From positions 31,321,304 through 31,377,087 of the forward strand of contig NC_057719.1 of assembly GCF_004010195.1 (NCBI RefSeq): a stretch of 55,784 nt of DNA, in the 5' to 3' direction. How positions within the stretch are numbered: position 1 is the first letter of the stretch; every line of letters begins with the position of its first letter. Under the pieces are notes generated by a model. The model was not told the DNA's origin. It worked only from the letters and a program-made list of their open reading frames with translations, and made no database searches. Source of the DNA: Chiloscyllium plagiosum. Lineage: Eukaryota. The position numbers and the translations under genes were made by a program. Of this stretch, positions 24,518 to 35,829 are shown piece by piece.

Positions 24518-24848
24518 GTGGCACAGTGGCTCAGTGATTAGCACTTCTGCTTCATAGCCAGGGACCCGGGTTTGATTCCCGCCTCGGGTGACTGTCTGTG
24601 TGGAGTTTGTACATTCTCCCTGTGTCTGCGTGGATTTCCCTCTGGGTGTTCTGGTTTGCTCCCACAATCCAAAGATGTGCAGGTCAGGTGAATTGGCCAT
24701 GCTAAATTGCCCATAGTGTTCGGTGTATTAGTTGGGGTAAACGTAGGGTAGGGAGAATGGGTTTGGGTAGGTTACTCTTTGGAGGGTTGGTGTGGACTCG
24801 TTGGGCCAAATGGCCTGTTTCCATACTGTAGGGAATCTAATTTAATCT
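24518..24848 (+). mobile_element. HE1-like V-SINE, near full length
   Basis: A box TGGCTCAGTGA, B box GGTTTGATTCC, V-domain CTGTGTGGAGTTTG…TTCTCCC.GTGTCTGCGTGG, CR1-like 3' tail. Confidence 0.88.
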
Positions 24849-25377
24849 ATATATCAAACTATGAAGGCCTAGATGGAGTTGATAGAAAGGACCAAATTCC
24901 TTTAGCAGAGTTATCAATAAGGAGAGACAAAAAATGTAATTGGCAGAAGGATTACAAAGAATGGAGGAGAATTTTCTTCACTCAGGGTGAGCTGGGGTAT
25001 GGGACTTACAGCTTTGATAAGGTGATAGATGAAGAAATCCTAATCACATTTCAAAGTTTGAAAAGGCAGTTGCAATGTCAAAAGAAAGACAATAATATGA
25101 ACTAAGAACTGGAAAGTGGAATTAGGCTTTGGGTTTCTTCAGCCAACACAGACAGGATAGTTTGAATAAACTCCATCTTTGTTGTAAATTTTATGTTTCT
25201 CTTGATTTCTTTCCACTTGTGCAGTTAATTGATGGAAAGCTTCCAATTTCAATGGGAGTACCCTTGCCCTTAACAGACAGCTAGTAATGTTGTGGGTTTC
25301 CAGGGAACCCTTATCAAGTTATCTAATTGAATCAACAGCCAGAAAATTGTTCAGACTACAAATGTTTGTACATATCA

Positions 25378-28050
25378 ACCAGGAGCAGGAGTTGGACATT
25401 CAGCTCCTGAAGCCTGCTCAACCATTTTTTAATTTCATGTCTAACTTGCCTATAACCTCAACTCTATTTTTCTACCTACCCAACTATAACCTTGGCACTC
25501 TTGTCAATCAAGACTTTATCTAATTCAGCCATAAAAATATTCAATGTCCCTGCTTTCACTACTCTCTGGGGATGATAATTCCACAGACAAACATGTTCTT
25601 GAGAGAAAAAGATCTCCTTATCTTTGTCCCAAGTTGGAGACCCTTTAATTTTAATCTGTGTCTTTTAATTCTAGTCTTTCCTAGAAGAAGCATTCTTTAA
25701 GTACCACTCTGTAAAGTCCCCTCAGAACATTGCTTCAATAGGGCTAGCTCACGTTCTCTAAACTTCAAGTGTTACAGGTCCAAATTGTGTAATCCTTCCT
25801 CATAAGATTATTGCTGCATTCTAGAAACCAGCAAAGTGAACCTTCTCTGAAATGCCTCCAGCACAATTATATTATCTCTTAAAAATCAAACTTAAAACCA
25901 AAACTCAACACAATACTCCAGAAGTGATTTCCACAATGCCCTTTAAAACTGTTGAAGTGTCTCCATACTTTTATATTCCCTGGCAATAAACAGAAACATT
26001 CCATTTGTCTCCCAGATCACTTGTTAGTATGAAAGTACAGCATCATATGGTCTCTGTACTAGAACATTCAAATCCCTCTGAACTTCAAAATTCTGTATTC
26101 TCTTCATTTACAAAGTAGGTTAATCTTCTATTTGTCCTCTCAAGTGAATAAGTTCTCATTTTCCCACATTACAGCCATCTGCTAAAAAAACGTCCACTCA
26201 CTTAACTGACCTATATCCCTTTGTAGACTTCTCATGTCATCTTCACAATTTACTCTACTACCTTTAATGTCAGCTTTAAAATTTAGCAGCTATGGATTCT
26301 GCCTCTATATTCAAGTCATTGCAAATACACAAAGCTCAATCACCAATTCCAATGGTGCTCCACTAAATACAGCTTGTTAACCTGAAAATTACACACAATC
26401 ATTTCTACTCCTTTCTTTTTGTTCACCAACCATTCCCCTATCCATGTTAATCTTCCTGGCTGCAATATGATATCTTATTTCATGTAGTAATCTTTGATAT
26501 GGCACCTCATCAAACATCTTTTGAGAATCCAAGTAAAAGCACATCCACAGAGAATATGAACAAGGAACAAAAGTGGGCCACACCATCTTTGGAGTCTGCT
26601 CTGCTATTCAATGAGATCATGGTTGCTCTGACCTTAATTTCAACTCTACATTCATTCAAATTCCTGATAATTTTTTTATCCCATTGGTAACAACGAATCA
26701 ACTTACCTCTATCTATTGCTACCTCAAAAATATTTAAAGATTCTGCAGTTATTGGCTTTTGAGAACCAGAATTCCATAGACTCACTTTGGGAGAATTCTT
26801 TTCCTTATCTGGCTTAAATGACAACCTCCTTACATTTAACAATAGTGCTAAGTTCTCCAATAAGAAGAAACATCCTTTCCACATCTATCCAGTCAAATAC
26901 CCTCAGCATCTAGCGTTTCATTTAAGTCACCTGTGACTCTTCAAAACACCAAAGATACAGTTCTGTCCTGTCTAGACGTTCCTCACAAAGCAGTTTGCTC
27001 ATTCCAGATATTAGTCAAGTAAAACTTCATTGAACTGCTTCCACTTCATTAACATTCTTCCATAAGTATAGTGACTAGTTCTGTACACAGTACTCCAGGT
27101 GCATCTCACTAATGCTCTAAACAGCCACAAAATGTGACAGCCATATCAATGGAGAAGTCTCAATACATCCAACAGTCCTGACCCAGCCAGCCTGAAGGTA
27201 CTGCTTCCATCAGCATAACCCCAGCTAGCTGAAGAAGCAGCAGAGGACCCAGTCCCAATGCCATTTACAGACCTGCACAGCTCAAAGAGCTGAAAGTCTA
27301 ACAGAGTCAGGACAAGGAGAGAATAAGTCCACCCTTCAGGATATTTAGAACTCTCCAACCAGCAAACACTCCTTTAAAAAGCCACACCTCAGGAATTGGT
27401 TCCCCTTTACCCATGTTATTTATTACTTTCTCAAATGACTAATTAGTTAAATCCAATTTTTCTTTCGCAATTCCGTGTTAGCTCCACTTGATCCATTAAG
27501 ACTTTTAAAATAACCTATTATAACTGCCTAAACAATAAAATCTAACTTGGCTGTGGTTTCCTGTTGGCTCAGTCCATCCTTTCTTGTATAGACTATTTGC
27601 CAATCTGATGAGACCTTTTTAGAATGTAGGGAACTTGGGAAAATTACACTTACTACCTTACCAGACATTAATTTTAAGACCTTTGAATATAGGCCATCAG
27701 GTCCCTGGATTTATCAATCTTCAATTCCAATACTTTTTTCAACACTCTGTGTATAACTATTTAGATTCATCTTTTCTTGATGTATATGTATTTCTTGGGT
27801 GCCATTGATTTCTATCTTGTGAAAGCACAAAATGTCTGTTAATTGCTTCTACCATTTCCTCATTTCTCATTATTAATTCTCCAGACACACTGTCCAGAGG
27901 AACAATGTTCACTTTAGTTACTCTTTCCCTTTCAATTTCTTGTTGAAACTCTTGCTATCTGTTTCTATGTTTTTAACTAGCTTTTTCTCATACTCTATTT
28001 TTTTTCCCTTTTTTAGTCATTCTTTGCTGTTTTTTATCAAATTCTGTCCA
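25378..28050 (-). mobile_element. Cluster of old, partly nested CR1/L2 LINE fragments
   Basis: Degenerate RT motifs (YLDSQKMFDEVP) and CR1-type 3' ends at ~25380 and ~26555. Confidence 0.6.
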
Positions 28051-28159
28051 ATCATTTTGGTGATGGACTTAAATCTCAACCTCTTCACACTTTCGCAAGA
28101 GTTAAGTTTTTGATGGAAAAGATCATGGTTGGCCACCCTGCCATGCCAACAATTGAGGC

Positions 28160-29375
28160 CACAATATACATCAATGATTGGACAAAGGAATTGAATGTTA
28201 TATCTCCAAATTTGCAGATGACACTAAACTGGGTGAAAGTGTGTGCTGTGAAGAGGAGGCCAAACTGCTGCAGAGTGACTTGGACAGACTGGCTGAATGG
28301 GTAAAATGCATGCAATATGTAATAGATCAATGTGAGGTTATCTGCTTTGGTTGCACAAACAGTAAGGCAGATTATAATCTGAATGATAGCAGTTTAGGAA
28401 AGGGTGAGATGCAATGAAATCTGGGTCATGGTGGAATAGTTGCTGAAAGTTGGCATGCAGGTGCAGCAGGTGATAAGGAAAGCTAATATCATGCTGACCT
28501 TCATAGCAAGAGGATTTGACGATAGGAGTAGGGATGCCTTACTGCAGTTCTACAGGATCGAAGGATGTGGTGTTGGAAAAGCAAAGCCGGTCAGGCAGCA
28601 TCTGAGGAGCAGGAGAGTCGACGTTTTGAGCATAAGGTCTTCATCAGCTCTTTTTCATGACTGATGAAGAGCTTATGTTTGAAACATCAACTCTCCTGCT
28701 CCTTGGATGCTGCCTGATCGGCTGTGCTTTTCTAGGACGACACTCTTCGACTCTGATCTCCAGCATCTGTTGTCCTCACTTCCTGAAGTTATACAGGCCT
28801 TACTGAGGCTACATCTGAGTATTGTGTACAGTTTTGGTCTCCTAATCTGAGGAAGGACTTTCTTGCTATTGAGAGAGTCCAATGAAGGTTCACCAGACTG
28901 AATCCAGGATAGCAGACTGACATATGAAGACCGACTGGATCGACTGGACTTGTACTCACTGGAATTCAGAATAATGAGGGGGTAATCTCATAGAAATATA
29001 TAAAATCCTGATGGGACTGGATCACCTAGATGCGGGGAAGAATGTTCATAATGTTGGGAAAGTCCAGAACTAGGGGTCACAGTTTAAAATAAGGGGTAAA
29101 CCATTCAGGACCAAGATGAGGAAAAATGTCTCCACTCAGAGAGTATGAAACTGTGGAAAGCTATCACAGAAAGCTGTTGGGACCATTTCATTAGATATAT
29201 TTAAGAGGGAGCTGGACATGACCCTTATGGCTAAAGGGATCAAGCGGTATAGAGAGAAAGTGGGAGTAGAATACTGAAATTGCATGATCAGCTATGATCA
29301 TATTGAATGGTGGTGCAGGCTCAAGGGGCTGAATGGCCTACTCCTGCACCTATTTTCTCTGTTTCTATGTTTCTA
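28160..29375 (+). mobile_element. CR1-type LINE 3' half, interrupted by a Penelope-like element
   Basis: ISKFADDTKLG motif; ends in a TTTCTATG-type tail. Confidence 0.85.
28557..28786 (+). mobile_element. Penelope-like fold-back mini-element (family A) with two back-to-back hammerhead cores
   Basis: Inverted arms; TCATCAG at 28641-28647 and CTGATGA at 28661-28667; TSD AGTT(C/A)TACAGG at 28546-28556 and 28787-28797. Confidence 0.82.
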
Positions 29376-30099
29376 ATTTTCGGTTCATTTTAGCCAGCTC
29401 AATCTTCATAGTCTTGTTGTTTCCTTTATTTAAGTTTAAATGTTGGTCTTAGACCCGTATTGTTTATCCTCAACCTGAATGCAAAATTCACATGTTCTGA
29501 TCACTGTTACCTAAAGGCTTCTTTACATAAGGTCATTAAATATTCCTATCACATTACACATTACCAGATCTAGAATAACATGTTGCTTTAAGAAACTGGC
29601 CTAAATATGAACTCATTTTGCTTTTCCAAGATATCCTTTTCCAATCTGATTTGTGCAATGTACATGTTGATTTAAATCATCCATGATTATTTTGGTCCCT
29701 TTCTTACATTGTTTCTTCCCATATACTCTGTTGCATAGAACAGCTTCTGTAAGGTGGAGTGGGGGGAAGGGAAATAAACTTCTTCCACTAGTAATTTCTT
29801 TCCTTTACTATTTCTTATCTCTACTAAATTGATTCTACATCTTGATCCTTTGAACTAATGTCATCTCTCATTATTGTACTAATGTCATCCTTAATTATAA
29901 GAGCAACCTTATCACCTTTTCCTGTCTACCTGACCTTCCAAAATTGTCAAATACATTCAGTAGTTTGATTTCATTTAGATAACAACAGCTGAAATTGATA
30001 GGCATGTTCTTAATTCCATATTAATTAATTTACACATACATCTGTTGCAAATGGCACCTGCCAGAATAACAGAAAATGTTTTCATCAGAATGAACTTAC

Positions 30100-30250
30100 T
30101 TGTGAAACTTTTAGATTTTCACTTTCACTTATCCCAGACAGGTTGGCTGCAGATGTAAACAAATCTCTGACACCCATTTTCGCTAGGATATTTTTCAACC
30201 CATATGACAATGACAGCGACACTTTTGGAAATTGGAGAATACATTGTTGC
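30100..30250 (-). CDS. SERPINA1: Alpha-1-antitrypsin-like serpin, coding exon 3
   Basis: 151 nt, phase 2/0; (K)QQCILQFPKVSLSLSYGLKNILAKMGVRDLFTSAANLSGISESENLKVSQ|gtaagt. Confidence 0.9.
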
Positions 30251-30381
30251 CTGCTCAACAAATTATTGAAACGATGGGAGAAAGCAAACAAAAAGTTTTT
30301 TTTAAGCAAAAGGACTGGTACTGGTAGAAATATTAAAACTACTTCACATATTTAAATTGATTGAAATGAAATTTTAATTAC

Positions 30382-30655
30382 TTGTGGTGAGCAAGTTGTT
30401 GGACCCATTCATCAAACTTTTCATGGGAAAGATTTTGCTCCACATGTTCTAGTTTCCCGTCTGCAGGCAAGATGGCGATCATTGATGCATTTCCAAGGTA
30501 AGGAAGTTTTATTACTTTACTGAAAAGATTGTAGTCAGATATCATACTGAACCGATTGGTTTGGCGCATCATTTGCACAGTTACGTCTGTAGTTTTGTTC
30601 ACTTTAAATAATGTTTCTCGAGTCTGCGCTGGATCAAATGGATTCTCCCATTTTC
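30382..30655 (-). CDS. SERPINA1: Alpha-1-antitrypsin-like serpin, coding exon 2
   Basis: 274 nt, phase 1/2; (G)KWENPFDPAQTRETLFKVNKTTDVTVQMM…LPYLGNASMIAILP…QQLAHH. Confidence 0.92.
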
Positions 30656-31197
30656 CTGTTAAACATAAATTTGTCAGAGTTTGACAGAGTACATTCGACA
30701 GAAGAAGTCAGCCATAGTTAATTCTTAATGATTAATTCAGAAAAATAGTTGTAATTGGAAAGTATGTGTGAGAATATTGTTACAGTGTTAGGACACGTTT
30801 GTGCACTATATTATGCTAATAGCCAGAGTTATTGTCAATGACATCAGATGATGCCAGATCCCATGTAGCTGGAACATCAGGGAAGAATATTCTAATAAAG
30901 TCTTGCTAAAGTTTATCTTTATAAATTGTCAGCAAATGTTCACTGGTTTGCACCAGCACTGTTTCAGCTTTCTTCTATCAAAGGAACTCAGAATTCAGCT
31001 ATGATACTAATAGAACTTGGAGCTTGAAATTCTGCACTGGCCCATTCACACTGAAACTGTGAGTGGTGGATAATGGAGCAGAATGCTCCATCAGGATTCT
31101 GTTCCCTGGAAAAGAAGCCAGGAAATTTCATTAAGATAGGTTATGGGTGATCTTCTGCCTGTCATTTCTACTTCACAGGGGGCATGTCTCAATAAAT

Positions 31198-33030
31198 CCT
31201 AGAGTCATACAGCACGGAAACAGACCCTTTGCTTCAACTAGTCCACACCGACCATGTCCCCAAACTAAACTAATCCCACCTGTCTGCATTTGGCCCATAT
31301 CCCTCCAGACCTTTCCTATTCATGTACTTATCCAAATGTATTTTAAAAATTGTAAATGTACCAGCATTTACCACTTCCTCTCGTAGTTCATTCCACACGC
31401 TAACCACTCACAGTGTAAAAAAAGTTGTCCCTCATGTCCTTCTAAAACTTTCTCCTCTCACCTGAAAAAATATGCCCCTTCGTTTTGAACTCCCCAATCC
31501 TAGGGAACAGACCCTCAGGATTTTATAAACCTTTATAACGTCACCCCTTGACCTCCTGTGCTCCAGTGAATAAAGTACTAGCCTATCCAGTCTATTTTTA
31601 TAACTGAAACCCTCCATTCCTAGCAATATGCTAGTAAATCATTTCTGAACCTTCTGCAGTTTAATAATAACCTTCTTATAACAAGGCAACCAGAATTGCA
31701 CACAATACTCCGGAAGAGGTCTCATCGAAATCCTGTGCAACCTTAACATGACGTCTCAATTCCTATACTCAAAGGTCTGAGCAATGAAGACATGCATGTT
31801 AAATGCATTCTTAATGACTCTGTCTACCTATGATGCAAAATTATGTATCTGAGCCCCTAGGTCTCCCTTTCTACACTCTACCCAAAGTCCGAGCATTAAT
31901 TGTACAAATGCTACTCTTGTTTGTATTACCAAAATGCAATACCTCACAATTATCCAAATTAAACTCCATCTGCCACTCCTAAGCCCATTGACCTAATTGA
32001 TCAAGGTCTTTTTGTAATCCTAGATAACCTTCTTTTCTGTCCACTATACCACCAATCTTGAGGTCATCCACAAACTTATTAACCATGCCTCCTATATTCT
32101 CATTCAAAGCATTTATATAAATGACAAGCAAAAGTGGACCCAGTACCAATTCCTGTGAAACATCGCTGGTCAAAGGCCTCCAGTCTGAGAAACAACCCTC
32201 CACCACCACCGTCTACTGTATCCAGTAGGCAAGCTCACCCTGAATCCCATGTGATTTAACTTTATTAATCAGTCTACCATGTGGAACCTCATCAAAGGCT
32301 TTACTAAAGTCCAAGTAAACAACATCTACCCTCATTATTCTTTTTGCTTACTTCCTCAAAAAACTCAAGTTTGTGAGACATGATTTCCCTCACACAAAAC
32401 CAAGCTGACTAACCTTAATCCTTGCCTCACTAAATAAATGTACATCTTATTTTTCAGAATCACCTCTGATGTCAGACACAGGTCTACAGTTCCCAGGCTT
32501 CTCCTAACAGCTTTTCTTAAATAAAGGCACAACGTTAGCCACCCTCCAATTCTCTGGCACCTCACCTGTGATTATAAATGATACAAATATTCTTGTTAGG
32601 GCCCTGCAATTTCCTTCCTCACTTTTCACAACATTCTGGGATACACTTGATCAGGTCATGGAGATTTGCCAACCTTTACATTTTCTGAGACCTCTAACAC
32701 TTCTGCTTCTTTGATGTGAGCTGTTTTCAAAATAGGAATATTTATTTCCCTGAGTTCTCTGGCCTCCACTTTGTTCTCCTCAGTAAAAACTGATGCAAAA
32801 TATTCATTTAACATTTTTCTCATCTCATGAGGTTCAATACAAAGATAATCTTGTTGATCTTTAAGGGGCCCTATTCTCTCTCTAGTTGCTCTTTTGCTCT
32901 AAATATACTTGTAGAATCTCTTTGGATTATCCTTAACCTTATCTGTCAAGGATATCTCATATCCTCTCTTTGCACTCCTGATTTCCCTCTTAAGAATGCC
33001 CCTACACCCTTTATATCCTTCAAGAGATTT
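31198..33030 (-). mobile_element. CR1-type LINE, 5'-truncated, degenerate
   Basis: Minus-strand ORFs with VLGPLLLVIYIN…KFVDD and LDRL.LYSLEHRR motifs. Confidence 0.88.
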
Positions 33031-33043
33031 ATTTTTATTTTCC

Positions 33044-33392
33044 TTTATTCATTCAGGGATGAGGGTGTTGCTGGTTAGGCAGCATTTATTGTCCATTCCT
33101 AATTGCCCTGAGGGCAGTTAAGAGTCAACCACAATGCTATGGATCTGGAATCCCATGTAGGCCAGACCAGGTAAGATTGGCAGTTTCGGTCCTTAAAGGA
33201 CATTAGTGAACCAGATGGGTTTTCTCCGACAATCCACAATCCACATGGTCACCAATAGATTCTTTATTCCAGATTTTTAAAAATGAAGTCAAATTCCATC
33301 ATCTGCAGTGGCGGGATTCAAACCCAGGTCCCCAGAACCTTATCTGCATCTCTGGATTAAGAGTCCAGTGATAATACCATTAAACCACTGCC
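33044..33392 (-). mobile_element. tRNA-derived SINE, near full length
   Basis: Reverse-strand head GGCAGTGGTTTAATGGTATTATCACTGGACT…GGGTTTGAATCCC (A and B boxes); 3' end …TGAATGAATAAA. Confidence 0.75.
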
Positions 33393-34723
33393 TTTATTTG
33401 ACAAGATTACAGTGCATTGAATGTAGCAGGCCATGGCAAAGCAAATATGTTGGCATAGAGTCAGATTTGCTAATCTGGGGAAAAGATGAGAGGAACATGA
33501 GCTATAGGAAACAGAATGATTCTAAGACTGAGAGCTCACAGTTGTGTGGATAGACTATAGGAGCTGGATCTGAGAACAGAGAAGGCACATAGAAGATTTG
33601 ATAAAAGTATTTCAAGTCATGAGATAACTAGAGTAAACAAAGGGAAACTGTTTCCAATGGATGAAGGGCATGAATTCAAGGCAATTGGTAAAAAAGAATC
33701 AGATGACATTAGGAAAATAAATTATTTTATGCAGCAACTAATTAAGGTTAGGAATTCAGTGCATGATAGGGTGGTGGAATAGATTCATGGGTAGCTTTCC
33801 AAGGAAGTTTGGATATAATTTGAAAGAAAAAAATAGGGCATTGGAGCAAAAGTGGGGTTAACTGGATTGTTCTTTGAAAAACCTACTGCTGTCTTAATTG
33901 ACTATACAAATTCACTCAATGCTGTGTTATTCTATAATTTTGGGATTTTTAGAGAAGATATGATTCTCCTCCGGAAAGAAATAGAACAACAAATCTCAGA
34001 ACAAATAACAGACAATCTGATTGTAATGTCAATTATTTCATGAGCCTAGATGTCTAATCCCTTATGTTAGTTGTTATGCTGCAATATTTTCCCCAGAATG
34101 GTGTACCATGCTAAACAGAAAAGGTACAATCTGACCTTGAGGGTGAACAGCAGAATGACACTATCTATTATATGTATAACCATTACAGTATAAAAGAACA
34201 TTATTTGATCCATTAGTGTTTTACCAGTATGTTTCCTTTGAAGTAGTTCTTTTCACAATGTGAGCTATTATTCTAATCCCACATTCCTGCTTGTTTCCCA
34301 TGCCTTTCAATATTTCTATTTTCCAAGCATTGATTTCACTACTTTTTATAAGTGTTTATGGATTCTACTGCAACTAATATTCAGCAGGAGTTCCAAAGTC
34401 GAATTTCCCTGTAAAAGTTACCGTTCAATCTTTGTTTTAAATTAGGTTTTATGAATAGACTTTCAGAAGATGCGGATCAAAAATTGCTCTTGTGGTGCAA
34501 AGCTCACCAAAGATTTGTAGCTTTGTATATTTATGTAGATTATCAGCAAAGTAGATTTTGCTAAAAGACAGTTAAGAGTTTAATTTTAAAAGGCAAAATC
34601 TCCAAAGTAATAATCTTTGGATTACAACCTGAGCCACGAGCAAATTGACATATTGTGGATAAAGTCAAAATGTATGCTGCTGGAAAAGCACAGCCGATCA
34701 GGCAGCATCCAAGGAGTAGGAGA

Positions 34724-34758
34724 GTCGACGTTTCGGGCATAAACCCTTCATCAGGAAT
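34724..34758 (-). ncRNA. Minimal type-I hammerhead ribozyme motif (family A), intact core
   Basis: Minus strand: attc-CTGATGA-A-GGGT-TTAT-GCCC-GAAA-C-GTC-ga. Confidence 0.65.
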
Positions 34759-35563
34759 GTTGAGGAGGGGGTGTGGAATGTGTGCAAGGGGGCCGAGAGA
34801 TAAATAAGTGGGGTGTGGGGCTTGGGTGGCTGGTAGCTAGGGAAGTGATAGGTGGATACAGGTGGGAGTGATGGTTATAGGTCAGAGTGGGGGGTGGAGT
34901 GGATAGGTGGGAAGAAAGAGGGATAGATAGGACAGTTCAAGGGTGATGCCGAGTTGGAGGGTTGGATCTGGGATAAGATGGGGGAGGGGAGATGAGGAAA
35001 CTGGTGAAATCAATGTTGATGCTGTGTGGTTGGAGGGTCCCAAGGTGGAAGATGAGGCGTTCTTCCACCAGGCATCGGGTGGCTTAGATTTGGAGGTGGA
35101 GGAGCCCAGGACTTGCATGTCCTTGGCGGAGTGGGAGGGGGAGTTGAAGTGGTTGACCACAGGGTGGTGGGGTTGTTTAGAGCGTGTGTCCCAGAGATAT
35201 TCTCTGAGAACATCTGTTCTCTCTCCCGGTCCTTCTTCACTACCAAATCCGAGCCACTCGATGTCTGGAGGAAGAACGCCTCATCTTCTACCTTGGGACC
35301 CTCCAACCACACAGCATCAACATCAATTTCACCAGTTTCCTCATCTCCCCGCCCCCCCACCTTATCCCAGATCCAGCCCTCCAAATCGGCACTGCCCTCT
35401 TGGACTGCTCCTGCCTGTCCATCTTCTTTCCCATCTATCTGCTCCACCTTCTGCTCTGACCTATCACCATCACCCCCCACCTGCATCCATCTCTCACCTT
35501 CCTACCTTCCCCACCCCCTCCTATTTATCTCTCAGCCCCTAGGGCACCCCCAACCCCCGCCAC

Positions 35564-35598
35564 ATTCCTGATGAAGGGTTTATGCCCGAAACATCGAC
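35564..35598 (+). ncRNA. Minimal hammerhead ribozyme motif (family A), GUC changed to AUC
   Basis: CTGATGA-A-GGGT-TTAT-GCCC-GAAA-C-ATC. Confidence 0.55.
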
Positions 35599-35829
35599 TC
35601 TGCTGCTCTTCAGATGCTGCCTGACCTGCTGTGCTTTTCCAGCACCACACATTTTGAGACTGATGTCCAGCATCTGCAGTCCTCACTTTCTCTTATATTG
35701 TGGATAAAATCAAGGACTTCAGTGCATGGCTCAAAGATTGGTGTGGGTAGAATAGCCTTCCACTCATGGGGCTGTTCTGGTGGAATGGGCTTCACTTGGC
35801 CTGTGCTGGGACCAGTGCTCTGGCTAATC

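Larger units (their letters stand above)
34664..35694. mobile_element. Penelope-like element (family A), ~1 kb inverted-repeat copy with GIY-YIG C-terminal coding remnant
   Basis: ~430 bp inverted arms; encodes HFNSPSHS…EEERLIF.LGTLQPHSIN; 14-bp TSD ATATTGTGGATAAA at 34650-34663 and 35695-35708. Confidence 0.88.

Noticed and set aside
34882..35571. 150-200 aa Pro/Gly-rich ORFs as novel genes
   Set aside because: Off-frame and antisense readings of the palindromic Penelope-like element
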